Assembly (NCBI GenBank): GCA_051362555.1
Contig: CM120640.1
Coordinates: 42,882,788 to 42,946,787, forward strand
Direction of reading: 5' to 3'
From: Lingula anatina
Taxonomy: Eukaryota > Animalia > Brachiopoda
DNA length: 64,000 nt
A model generated the notes under the pieces. It did not search any database. It was not told the DNA's origin and saw only the letters and a list, made by a program, of their open reading frames with translations. Every line of letters starts with the position of its first letter. The stretch's first letter is position 1. Below are positions 11,615 through 22,294 of this stretch, piece by piece. The translations under genes were made by a program, and so were the position numbers.

Positions 11615-14600
11615 CTAGGATTCTTCGTCTGAATTGGCTTGCTGTTGTGTGGAATTACTTTGGAACTGTTTCAGTGCATGTTTTCCTTGATAAGCTGCTT
11701 GCTGAATTGGTTTTCTTACTTTCTCTGCTTTCCTAAACACTGTTATTTCCTATATGATCAGAAATAAAGAGGTTGGTGTCAAAAAGGTCAAAATATCTCT
11801 ATCAGGCATTTAACAAATACATGTACAGTGCCCCTCTCCCACCCACCCAACAATACATGTTACTGACAGCCATTAGACACTTGTGTTTAAAGACGAAAGC
11901 AATTGAAACCAGAAGTCACCTGTTGTTTGAAATACCTCCTTTCTTCTTCGTCAACTAATACTAAATTCAAGTAGTAGCGAACTGAAAATTTTTTGTTGAT
12001 ATCCCTCATGGTTGGTGTGAGGTCATATCCACTCAGGAACAGCCTGATTGGGATAGACTCTCCTGTAAAACAAAAGCATTATTACCTGCAATGCAGCAAC
12101 TTATAAAACTACCATAGTATTTTTCTCTTTTTTTTCATTATCTATTTATTTTTTGTTTCAGCTTCTTAGGTCAGGCAACAAAGGGCAATTTTAGGTGACC
12201 CACTAACTGGCACTATTGGCATCAATCTGCAACATGGGTGTGCTGTACAATTTATAGATGTGTAAAAGACATACATTAAGTTCACAGAAAACGACATGAA
12301 TGCTTTACATGCTCAGAAGATCCCTTTAAATCAGGCAGGATTTTATAAAAATAACCATTTACCTCTGACTGGGGCACCATCCATGATTTCATATTTGGCA
12401 ATGGTTTCATTTTCATTGAATGTATTTGGACCTACAAGGCATAAACAGTCAACATAAGAGTGTGATCATTCCCTTAAAATGAGATGTTATGTAATCATTT
12501 GATTTTTTATATTATAACTTGCTCTTTACAGTTTAGTCTTAATGTGAATAAAGGGTACTTATGATCAAATAAAACTTTAACAAACTAGCATACTGAAGAA
12601 TTACATAAAACAGTCATACAACTACACACGATGTCATATCTTTGTAATTTTTAAACATCAACATGCTATTCACATACATCAAACATTACATATTAAAGTG
12701 AGAACACAACAATAATATAACCAATATACTGGGTGGATAAAAAGAACAATAAAATTTAATTTTCTAGTTTAACCTTTTTTACTTTATGAAAGAATGATTA
12801 ATCAGTTGCAGACAGCATTAAGCCTTTTATACTGATATTCATGACCTGATATCTTTACAATATTTATCAATATCTCTATTATGTACATGCAGTGGCTGAT
12901 TCATTACTTAACACATCCTCAGCTAGATGCAGTTATGAATTCTATTTCAATCCATAAATAGCAAATCTGGTCATCCTTCTTTATGAATTCAGAAACTACT
13001 TGTTCTACATGTTCTTAATGGCAAAGTATGTTATCCGACTTGCTAGAAAATGTAATTAGTGTCTGGATGCCCCTGAAAAATCCCACCAACCAAGACCCTG
13101 CAAAGCACTTAAAACAAGCAATGATTGTTGGTCACTTTTGTATTGAGCTCCACAGCAGTGTTCTGAAAGCTAAATCAATCAAAACTTGAATGTCCAAACA
13201 GCAACAAAATTTAGTGACAAAGCAAATTTTTTAGATTTATGAAATTCACATTTAAAATTAAATATGGTCTCCACCCTCCTTTTCTCCTTTTTTTAATCCA
13301 CCCAATATATCTTGGTGAGTGTTCAAGGACAAATCAGTACCTGTTCCTGTTGTTTCTCTCTTGATAATTTGTATCTCCATATGTTTGATCTTTATTCTAA
13401 CTAGCAGGAAATAAATCTTGCCCACTATCACATCTTTCAAGTGATACCTACATGAAATAAAACAGACAAACAACATAGAGAAAAATGAAAAAAGACATGC
13501 ATAACATTAGTAAACACAGATCAACTATAAACAAATTGAGACATGTACCACGATAACAAGGCCACCTAATACGAAACAATGATTTTGAATGAAAGATAAG
13601 ATGACAAAGTTCCGAGAACAAAGTGCTGTTGTGTTGTACAAGGATTGCACACAAGTTCAGAGAATCAAAGATTTAACAGGAATCAGTAAGGCCCATGTCT
13701 TCCAAAGTGCAATGGTGAAAGAATAGTTAAATCATTTTTGAAACTGTGATTATTCTGGTTATGTGAAGATTTGAGTTTCCATTTTCAATTCTCTGGTACA
13801 AGTTGAATACTGCAGCAAAACTGCCCTACCTGCATAATCACCACTGCAGCATTCTCAGTGACAATGCAAAGTAGTTGTTGGAAACACACAATAGGGCAAA
13901 GTATACATCTAACCATACATAATATGTGTTACAATAATACATGAACTAAAACATCAATGTCACCAGCAAGAAATCCATCGTGACACAACAAAATGATCAC
14001 GATCATGCACGATCTATGAATATGCTGCTCTACCTGCTCCAGTAATCTCCCGTTTCACTATGGCCAACTCCATGTAGCGGATTTTGATTCGAACAAGAAG
14101 GAAATAGATCTTTCCAACTATGACATCATTAAGGTGGTACCTGTTTACAGAGTACGTGTAAGCAGCAGCTGTGGGTTAGAGCCTTTTCTTTACATTTATC
14201 AAGAAATATGCCCCCCCACCCACCCATCCCCCTCTAAACTAACAATATAAAACATTGAGCCCAATGTTGATGATAAAATCAATCTGCATCACCCATGTTA
14301 TATCCTGACATCGTTATGCCCCTGTTGTACGCTGAACTCGTCAGTATAAGCCTAAACTGTTAAAGATCACTTTGCTGTAGTAAATCATTTAGCAGATTTA
14401 ATTCCATCAAAATACAATTTGTAATATATGGTGGCATAAGCTCATTTATCTTGTAGCTTTACAAGCTTTATATACATTAAAGATATTATAATACAAATCA
14501 CTTACTTTGACTTGTTATATTCAAACTCTATATGTAAACAGTCTTCTATGCCCACTTCCATCTTAATGCTATTGTTCATATCTGGGTACTGGGATAAAGT

Positions 14601-17142
14601 GTGTACAATAATTTCTTTTTCCTTCACTGCGTCTGATATCCTCTTCACTATTGTTACTCTCAGAAAGTACCTATGGAGAGAAAGAACAAATCAATTTTGT
14701 GTTCTTTTACACATCTCACACATCTCTTAAATTTGTACATTTCAGACCAACTGCAAAGTCCCCAAGGAAGGTATCACAGTGGAGGTTTTGAAATAAAGAA
14801 AATGGCCCAAATCAAAACAGAAAGTTATGGCAGATGGAACAACTTGTTTAGGAGTCAAATGTTACAACAATTTTGATGTTGAGTAACAAGATGGGTAGTG
14901 AAGTTATGTGTATTCTTTGCTCAATACCATGAAAATTAAATCACATCCAATCCACCTCATTTTGTGATTAGAACAGATCTACTGAGCCTGGAGTCTAGAT
15001 AATTTACCCAATAATCTCTCTTTTGCATACTCACCTTAATCTGACATTTGTTCCTGTGTATGACTCATATGGTTTTTCCACTTGAACAAACTCAAAGTTG
15101 TAGCTTGTATTTTGTGAGAGTTCACCTGGTCTGGCAAGTTCTTTGACTAGTGATGTGAACTCATGGTGATTTCCTCTGTCATAGTATAATTCTGAAAAAG
15201 AAAGATAATTTGTTTCATACTTTGTCTATAAAAACTTTGTTAAAAATAAAACCTTACTGAATAATTACTATACAGAAAAAAAAAACCAGATGGAGAACTT
15301 TCAAATCTAAAACTGTATTTAAAATTTTAATTATGTTGACACAAAACAAATGTTATAGTTAAAAGAAGTTGATTTATACTAAAATATTATGTATACAGTT
15401 TGTGTCATAAACAATAGTTATTTCTGAATGCAGGTTGTTTTATTCTAATACCATACCTATTTGGCCTATAAACTCAATTTTTATTCCTTGGTGTTCTAGC
15501 TTCGTTCCTGGTTTTTTCAGTGTGACATTAACCTTCAATGCAAAAAAGATGCATACAATACATACAGATCCAATGCCAACACAACAGTCTATAGAAAGAT
15601 AATTACACTTATTCCATTCTTCTACCAATAATATAAAAAAGTAAACAATGGCAATAAATGAAGGGAAAAAAGACATATTGCAGGCTACAAAATTTCATTG
15701 ACATTTTAACACAAGTCACCTTTCCCACAACAGATTCTCCATCATAATAGAGAAAATGCTTTTCCTTCCGTCCATCCTCTGTCTTGATTTCTGCTACCTT
15801 CCTTGTATCTTGCCCATCCAAGATGATATCAATTTCGGCACTCTGGCCGAACCCAAAGAAACTCTGCAATTAGGAAAAAATTTAAAATGCAGTGAATTCT
15901 TTAAGAAAAGAATGATATTTCTATTAAAAAACAATGAAAGTGCAATTACCAATAAAAAGACGGTCAGCTAGAAACACAGATGCATGCCAGGAGCTATCAA
16001 ATTCCTTTCACTTCCTATAGGCACACATTGCAGAATAGACAACTTCTGAATGTACTCAGTACATACAACAGGGATTGTTTTCCACCAGGAGGCTACTTCT
16101 TGGAACTATCATGTGGGTCAAACAATTTCCACTGTAGAAGAATCTTCACAGGGATTTGTTTTCTAGAAGCTCGGCTTTAAAACTTTGCATCATAATTTGA
16201 CCTACATCATAATTTTTGAGGCATGGATCTTAGCTTATTCACAAAGCTCTTGATGGCAAAATTGGTTGGCTTTTGGCAGCATGACTATAATTTTACAGAT
16301 ATGTGCACTTATGTCTTCCCTATAGTACATATCAAAAAATGTGAACAGGAGTAATAATCCATGAAAATTTCCACTTCTACCTATGTTGGCTTGCAATCTA
16401 TGATATCCTAGTCTTGTACTAGTAAGTACATCTAAATTCCTAGTCAGTAGCTTAAGTGGCAACAAACCATATCGCAAACTTCTTTCATAAAAACAGTTTT
16501 TCAGCTGTCACCTTTAATTACCTAAACCCAAAAAACTTAATTACAGAGATGACTTCATCTCATTTGCATTGATCACCTGTCAATAAAGGCAGCATAATCA
16601 TATTTTTCCAGATGGGTGTTTTGTGAGTTTGACTTATGCAGAGCCAAGATGACTGCTGTTGTTAAATGACTATCAAATGTAAGATGCAACATAGCAAGTG
16701 ATCATAATTCTAGTCTAAGATTTTTTTCTGAATTTTGCAAGTAATTAGTAGATCTAAAATCAAGGAACAAAAATGCAGATTTATCCCGACTCGACAGGGA
16801 ATTTCACAGTGCATCTATTTATGCCTACAATATGAAGGATAAGTATAAACCAACATAAATACATAAATAACACCAATATTTAGAATTAATTTACAACAGC
16901 AGTTAGCAACATGAACTCCATCATTTCAGACTAGGCACAGTTGAATGTCAGTGCTGTTGTGTTGAGGTCACATGATAATGATTTACCTCCCCCTTTCGAT
17001 TAGAAACTTAAAGGAGTGAAAAATACTATTCTAACACATGTCAGTGACTACAGACACCACAGCACAATATTACTTATTCCTCTTTCGCTGGTTTGTTTTT
17101 AAATGTTTGCTTTCAATGGCAAAAAGACAGAAAACCTACCAT
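11615..17142 (-). CDS. VPS26: Retromer subunit VPS26; exons 17142-17140 (ATG), 15863-15720, 15532-15457, 15191-15035, 14670-14506, [14140-14034 OR 13447-13341], 12431-12363, 12062-11920, 11749-11615
   Basis: [96 protein letters not shown] motifs; canonical splice sites. Confidence 0.95.
13341..13447 (-). CDS. VPS26: VPS26 alternative exon B (YHLKDVIVGKIYFLLVRIKIKHMEIQIIKRETTGTG)
   Basis: 107 nt, AG/GT flanked, open; closer to the usual VPS26 consensus. Confidence 0.9.
14034..14140 (-). CDS. VPS26: VPS26 alternative exon A (YHLNDVIVGKIYFLLVRIKIRYMELAIVKREITGAG)
   Basis: 107 nt, AG/GT flanked, open, same length and phase as exon B. Confidence 0.85.
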
Positions 17143-17518
17143 TTCAGAAGAGTTCTTCCTGCTTTAGATCAATATGGCGAGTTAGTAGCATCACGCATGC
17201 GCGACTCCTTTTTCGAGATACACATTTTTGCACTAGAGGTATTTATAGGGACATTTTATTATATTGCTGGCTTACAACTTCAAGTAAAGGATCGTAAAAA
17301 GCTAATGTTAAATGTATGTTGATATAAAGACTTGCATAATTTATTCATTGAGTTTCAAATGATTATGATGGAATTTCTTAGGGTCAGATTTTAAGCTAAA
17401 AATATACGAGATTTGACGAGAAGGTCAAGGTGAAAGCCGGTGCGAGCGTTAGAAAGAAAGACAGTGTTCGACTAATTTTTTAATCTTATTCCATCGTAAA
17501 GATTATAGGGAATTGCAG
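17143..17518. promoter_or_regulatory. Bidirectional promoter region VPS26/SNF
   Basis: Head-to-head genes; YY1-like aatatggcg (17171-17179), NRF1-like cgcatgcgc (17194-17202), local CpG enrichment; probable non-coding SNF exon ending attgcag|gtaac at 17518. Confidence 0.6.
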
Positions 17519-17706
17519 GTAACATAGGTGCGTCAGAATATTTTTAATAGTCTGTAAAATAGTTTCAGGAAGCTGATTTTCCTTTTGACGTAATTGGAAT
17601 GACAAAATTAACTTCATAGTTTAGCCAAGTTCGTTTACTGAAAGGATGTTGACTTGTTAATTGAGATGGGTGCCAAGCATAATATTCGCTTCTTATTTCA
17701 GAAAGA

Positions 17707-19057
17707 ATGGAAAGCAGACCAGGTTGCACAGTGTACATAAACAATTTAAATGAGAAAATCAAGAAAGATGGTAAGTTAATTTTCACACACACACACACAC
17801 ACACACACAATAATAATAATAATAGATAAGAACCTTGTCAAATTGATTTTAAAGCCTCAGTTCTCAGTTCTCAACTTCATTCTGCAATTGAATTTGTCTG
17901 TATCATGTGTATGAAGTTTCCAACATGCCGATTTTTATGAGGGGAGATCACAATTTTCTCTCTTTCTCTCTCTCTCTCAAACTATTATGATAGCTAATAA
18001 TTAGCTTTTAAACTTTCACATGAGCTTTGTACTACACGTTATATTTTGTGTTATGCCTGTTCCTTTTCTTTTCAGAATTGAAAAAGTCCTTGTATGCTAT
18101 ATTCTCACAGTTTGGACAAATCCTGGACATTGTGGCATTAAAGACATTAAAGATGAGAGGACAAGCCTTTGTGATATTTAAAGACATTAATAGTGCAACA
18201 AATGCTCTCCGTTCAATGCAAGGATTTCCTTTTTATGACAAACCTATGGTATGTGTTAATATTTAGACTACCAGTATCATACATTTTCTGAAAATTTAAA
18301 AAGGAATATAGTTGAAAGTGAGACATGTTGACAGCCATATCTGCACATTTTTATAAATTGGTAAAAATTGGTTATTAAGCCCAAACAGAAATTCATTATT
18401 CACCCTAAAGGCCTTGAATTTTTTCTCATGCACATTTTTACGAGTGATGATTGAAAAGTTTTAAGCTGGAGTAAGAAAGTGTAGAGAGTCTTTTTTATTC
18501 TGTGAAAGCAACATTTCTCTGGATTATATGTTAAATTCTGATATGCTGTTTGCATGGTTGTAGACAAATATGTCAGTTAGTAGGGGTTTGTCTGATGGCA
18601 AAATGACCACAGCTGGTGTTCAGGCTGTGATCCAGTATCTCTCTCTCTCAAAAAAAAAAAAAAAAAGGAAATTAATGAGAACATGGTAAAGACATCAGTG
18701 GAGGACATCCCATCTTAACCTGCTACGGTTAAATGCTGATCATCTGAATTCAAGAGATCCAGCACAAGCACTGAATATCACCAACGATCAGAAAGATTCA
18801 TATTTATGATTCAGAAGATCCATGTTTTTTTTTTTGATAGAAAAGTAATTGAGCATTACATAGCTAGTGCTGAAATAGTTGCCATAAGCGAGTTCTTACA
18901 GAAGACCTGGGAAGGATTAAACAGCATAATGGGTCCTAAGGCTTTTAATAGACAATCAAAAAGACTCCAGGAATCAAAAAGATTCCAGGTTCTAGATGTC
19001 AAGGAAGGACTTTCAGCTTTTTGAAGGAGGCACAGATTTCCTATGATATGTCTTATG

Positions 19058-19094
<37 letters not shown>

Positions 19095-21132
19095 TCAAAC
19101 AACAGTGGGGACGATGGAAACTTGGGTTCTCTCTCTACCCCCCTCCCCTTTCCACACACAGACGTGCAGAGACTAAATAAGGCCAATGCTTTGTCCACTG
19201 CGTGAAGGACATGACTTCTGTCTTCTAAGATACTTAGAGCCCAACAACAGTGGACTCCATAAGTGAAGATGATCAATGGGGATTTTAAGATGCCCTTGTT
19301 TGCAACAACTCCTGGAGAAAAGAAAGCACATTGTGGAATGCTCTGATGAGCTTTAGTTTCAGTGTTTTGGTGTACCTGTCAGTTGTAGCACTGCTCGCTA
19401 TTTATAAATGTGGCTTTTGAATCCTTACCATCCAACACTTTTATTTGGCTCTTTAAGATCTCTTCTTTTCTAATATGAAAAGGCATCATTTCTAGAATGT
19501 ATTATGAGAACAATAATGATGTCATATCTCCTGTGGATGGCCTCTTTTGGCTTCTGGAGAGACCTATGAGACTGTCATTGAGGTCTTTTTTGGAACTGCA
19601 GCAGCACTGGTAAAAGTATTAAAAAGGAGGGTAACGTGAACTCAGTTGTGGCTTCTTGGTCGGGCTCAAAACTTTTCAATTACCCCTTATAATTTATTGA
19701 AAGGGACAACCAAGATTCTTAATGAAAAACAAATTTATTTTGATTGTGTGAATAGAGAATGAAGAATGCCAGATATTTATTAGTGATAACCAAACCTTTT
19801 TCATAACTTACAGAGAATACAGTATTCAAAGAAAGACTCAGATGTCATTGCCAAAATGAAAGGCACATATGTAGAAAGACCAAAGAAAAAGAAAGTTGAA
19901 GAAGAAGTGCAAGAACAACAAACAAAGAAGAAAAAGAAGAGTCAGAGGTCAGCATATTTGCTATAAATTCTTTATAACCAAAAGTAAAATGACAACATTG
20001 TGTCTTAGTCATGTCTAACAATTGTTGTACATGCCGCTAAGAAGAACCCAAGACATTATTTGCTTGAATTTGAAAGTGAAATAATTTGTCCATATACATT
20101 ATCTGGGTGTTTTTGTTATGTATGGATATTATGCTTTATGATAGAAATTTGTGTAAAATGGCTGTCACAGAACAAAACTTGTTTACAAGGTCCTCATTTT
20201 ATTTGCATTTCAGAAAGGAACAAAATGCTATGCTTGCTGCAACATCCGCACCAGTTCCTCAGCCATCAGCACCTTCAATGCCTGCTATGGGTAAGTTTTT
20301 AAAAGGTTTAGATGTTATATTACATTCACACCTATTGGTTGCCTAAAAGAGGGTTTGCGATGTTATGAGCACTAGAGTGTGAGCTCATTTTACACGTATT
20401 TAGTGTATATTGTAATAGTAATGATAATCACTGGTGAAATTGCAACCCACAGGTTAGTCTTTAAGATTAATATTAACAGGTTTTCATTTTATGGGTGATT
20501 GTGTAGATTTTTGACTTTTGTATGTTGATATACCTGTTGATTTACCTGTTGATATACCTGATTTCCAGCTCCACAGGCAGCTGCCCCAGTTGCCCCTGCA
20601 CAACCTGCTACCATTCCAGAGCAACCACCAAACCAGATCTTGTTCTTGACCAACTTGCCAGAAGAGACCAATGAGATGATGTTGTACATGTTATTCAATC
20701 AGTAAGTTGGAACTAGACTGTTATTTTCTAAATGCTGGCTTTTACATCCCAATGAACCTTTTTCAATTTCGTTTTTCCTATTAGGAAAAAAGTATGTGAA
20801 TGTGGTAGATGATTAGATTTTCTTTTCATTTGTTACAGACTGATATAGCGTCCAGATTTATTTAATAGGTATGAAAATTGATGAGAAACCATTGCAATTT
20901 TCTTATCCTTCATATTTGTAGATAAGTCTTAGCTGATAATTAGCTTTAATAGTTTCAACACTTTTTTTTTAGGTTTCCGGGTTTCAAAGAGGTGCGTCTT
21001 GTTCCTGGCCGACATGACATTGCCTTTGTCGAGTTTGAGAATGAAATGCAGTCTGCTGCAGCAAAGGATGCTTTACAAGGATTCAAAATTACACCCACAC
21101 ATGCAATGAAGATATCATTTGCTAAAAAATAA
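17707..21132 (+). CDS. snf: U1A/U2B''/SNF-family two-RRM spliceosomal protein; exons 17707-17770, 18076-18248, 19814-19947, 20214-20290, 20569-20701, 20973-21132
   Basis: RRM1 [48 protein letters not shown] (SNF-type [10 protein letters not shown]), Lys-rich and Pro/Ala linker, RRM2 [20 protein letters not shown]...RHDIAFVEF...MKISFAKK-stop. Confidence 0.95.
17784..17808. repeat. (CA)n microsatellite
   Basis: Direct reading. Confidence 0.95.
19058..19091. repeat. Poly-C/poly-G homopolymer (~33 nt) in SNF intron
   Basis: Direct reading. Confidence 0.9.
20523..20560 (+). repeat. 12-bp tandem repeat x3 (tgttgatatacc) immediately before an SNF splice acceptor
   Basis: tgttgatatacc tgttgatttacc tgttgatatacc. 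Confidence 0.85.
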
Positions 21133-21152
21133 TAAGTTTTTTGTACATAATT

Positions 21153-21742
21153 AATAAAGACTTATTTACTTGAGGTTTAAAAAAGCATTTAAATATTTCA
21201 ATAAGAGAACTGTTAGGATACAAATGGTTATATTTTCAACAGGGATAATTAAGTGGGAGACCAAGGGTCCATGTATAACATGATCTAATCCTTGTATTGT
21301 GTCAGCATTGCACCTCTGCTGACTGCCAGCATTGCACACAGCTGGTGATATTTCAGGATTGTACAGGTCCTTCTGCAAAGAAGATGCTGGCTTTGATTTT
21401 TGTTTTGCACTTGGCATTGCACAAGGCCATGTCTTTTTCAGCATAAATCTTCTCTGGAAACTTACTGTCCTGCAGGATTTGTATAAAAGCTATGAAGAAC
21501 TTAAAAAAAAAAAATTAGATCTAAGATATTTTTGGAACTTGTGTCACAAAGTAAGTATTGTTTGCTGCCCAATGGCAAGTGGTATGTCATGGAGCTACAG
21601 TGTGTAACCACTCCTACTGGTAGGTTTTTATTTGTTTGGTTTTTTGATAACTTTTAAAGCAAGGACAATTTCATTACAATACTTAAGTCTGTCAGTTCCT
21701 CCTTAATAAGTTGCATAAGATTAAATCATTATGAATAATAAA
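21153..21742 (+). terminator. Proximal (21153-21158) and distal (21737-21742) AATAAA poly(A) signals of SNF
   Basis: Two canonical hexamers bracket the hairpin cluster; TGTA lies just upstream of the proximal one. Confidence 0.55.
21301..21429 (+). promoter_or_regulatory. Cluster of three U1-SLII-like hairpins (SNF/U1A binding sites) downstream of the SNF stop codon
   Basis: gtcagc-ATTGCACctct-gctgac (21301-21323), gccagc-ATTGCACaca-gctggt (21325-21346), tggc-ATTGCACaag-gcca (21412-21429). Confidence 0.8.
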
Positions 21743-22092
21743 GATTTTCTATTACAATTTTCTTGTTATTCAATTTCTATTATAATATGGCATATGACCA
21801 CATAACTTTAAAAAAACCCGGTTTATCAAATTTTCAAACCACGCAGACTACCCAGTTTGGAGTGGGACGGTGAATACAATTATTTTTTGAGATATTGATT
21901 GTGGTCATTGTTTTGAAAGTTAAAATTACCCTCGAATAAGTTCATCAAGAAGCAATTCATGCACTTTGAATGTTTTTCAAATTCCTGGCTTGGATTGCTT
22001 AAAGTAATTTTTTCCAGTAGAGAAATTTACTGATGTTAAAATTATATGTTTTGTGAGAAACTTAACAATAAAAGACCGAGTTCCCATGCCTA

Positions 22093-22294
22093 GATCAATC
22101 CATCTGGATTGATCTAACTCCCTGGGGAGTCTCACTAAATTGTAATCAACTAACCGACTTAGTCTGTCACGCCTATCGAATCAGCTAGGGGGTAAAGATA
22201 ATTACCCCTTAACAGCTTTACTAGGTATGACAGACATTTAAACCGGTCAAGTTGACAGCAATTTAGTGAGACCCCCCAGGGAGATGGATTGATC
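22093..22294. mobile_element. ~200-bp foldback element (MITE-like long imperfect inverted repeat)
   Basis: Paired arms gatcaatccatct/agatggattgatc, ccctggggagtctcactaaattg/caatttagtgagaccccccaggg, gtctgtca/tgacagac, ggggtaa/ttacccc around a central agataa. Confidence 0.75.

Noticed and set aside
17512-17520. ATTGCAG (U2 SLIV loop heptamer) at the donor of the SNF 5'UTR exon
   Set aside because: No flanking stem, and CAG|GT is explained by the splice consensus.
18550-19420. Possible SINE/retroelement remnants in SNF intron 3
   Set aside because: Composition is suggestive, but I could not identify A/B boxes, target-site duplications or RT motifs.
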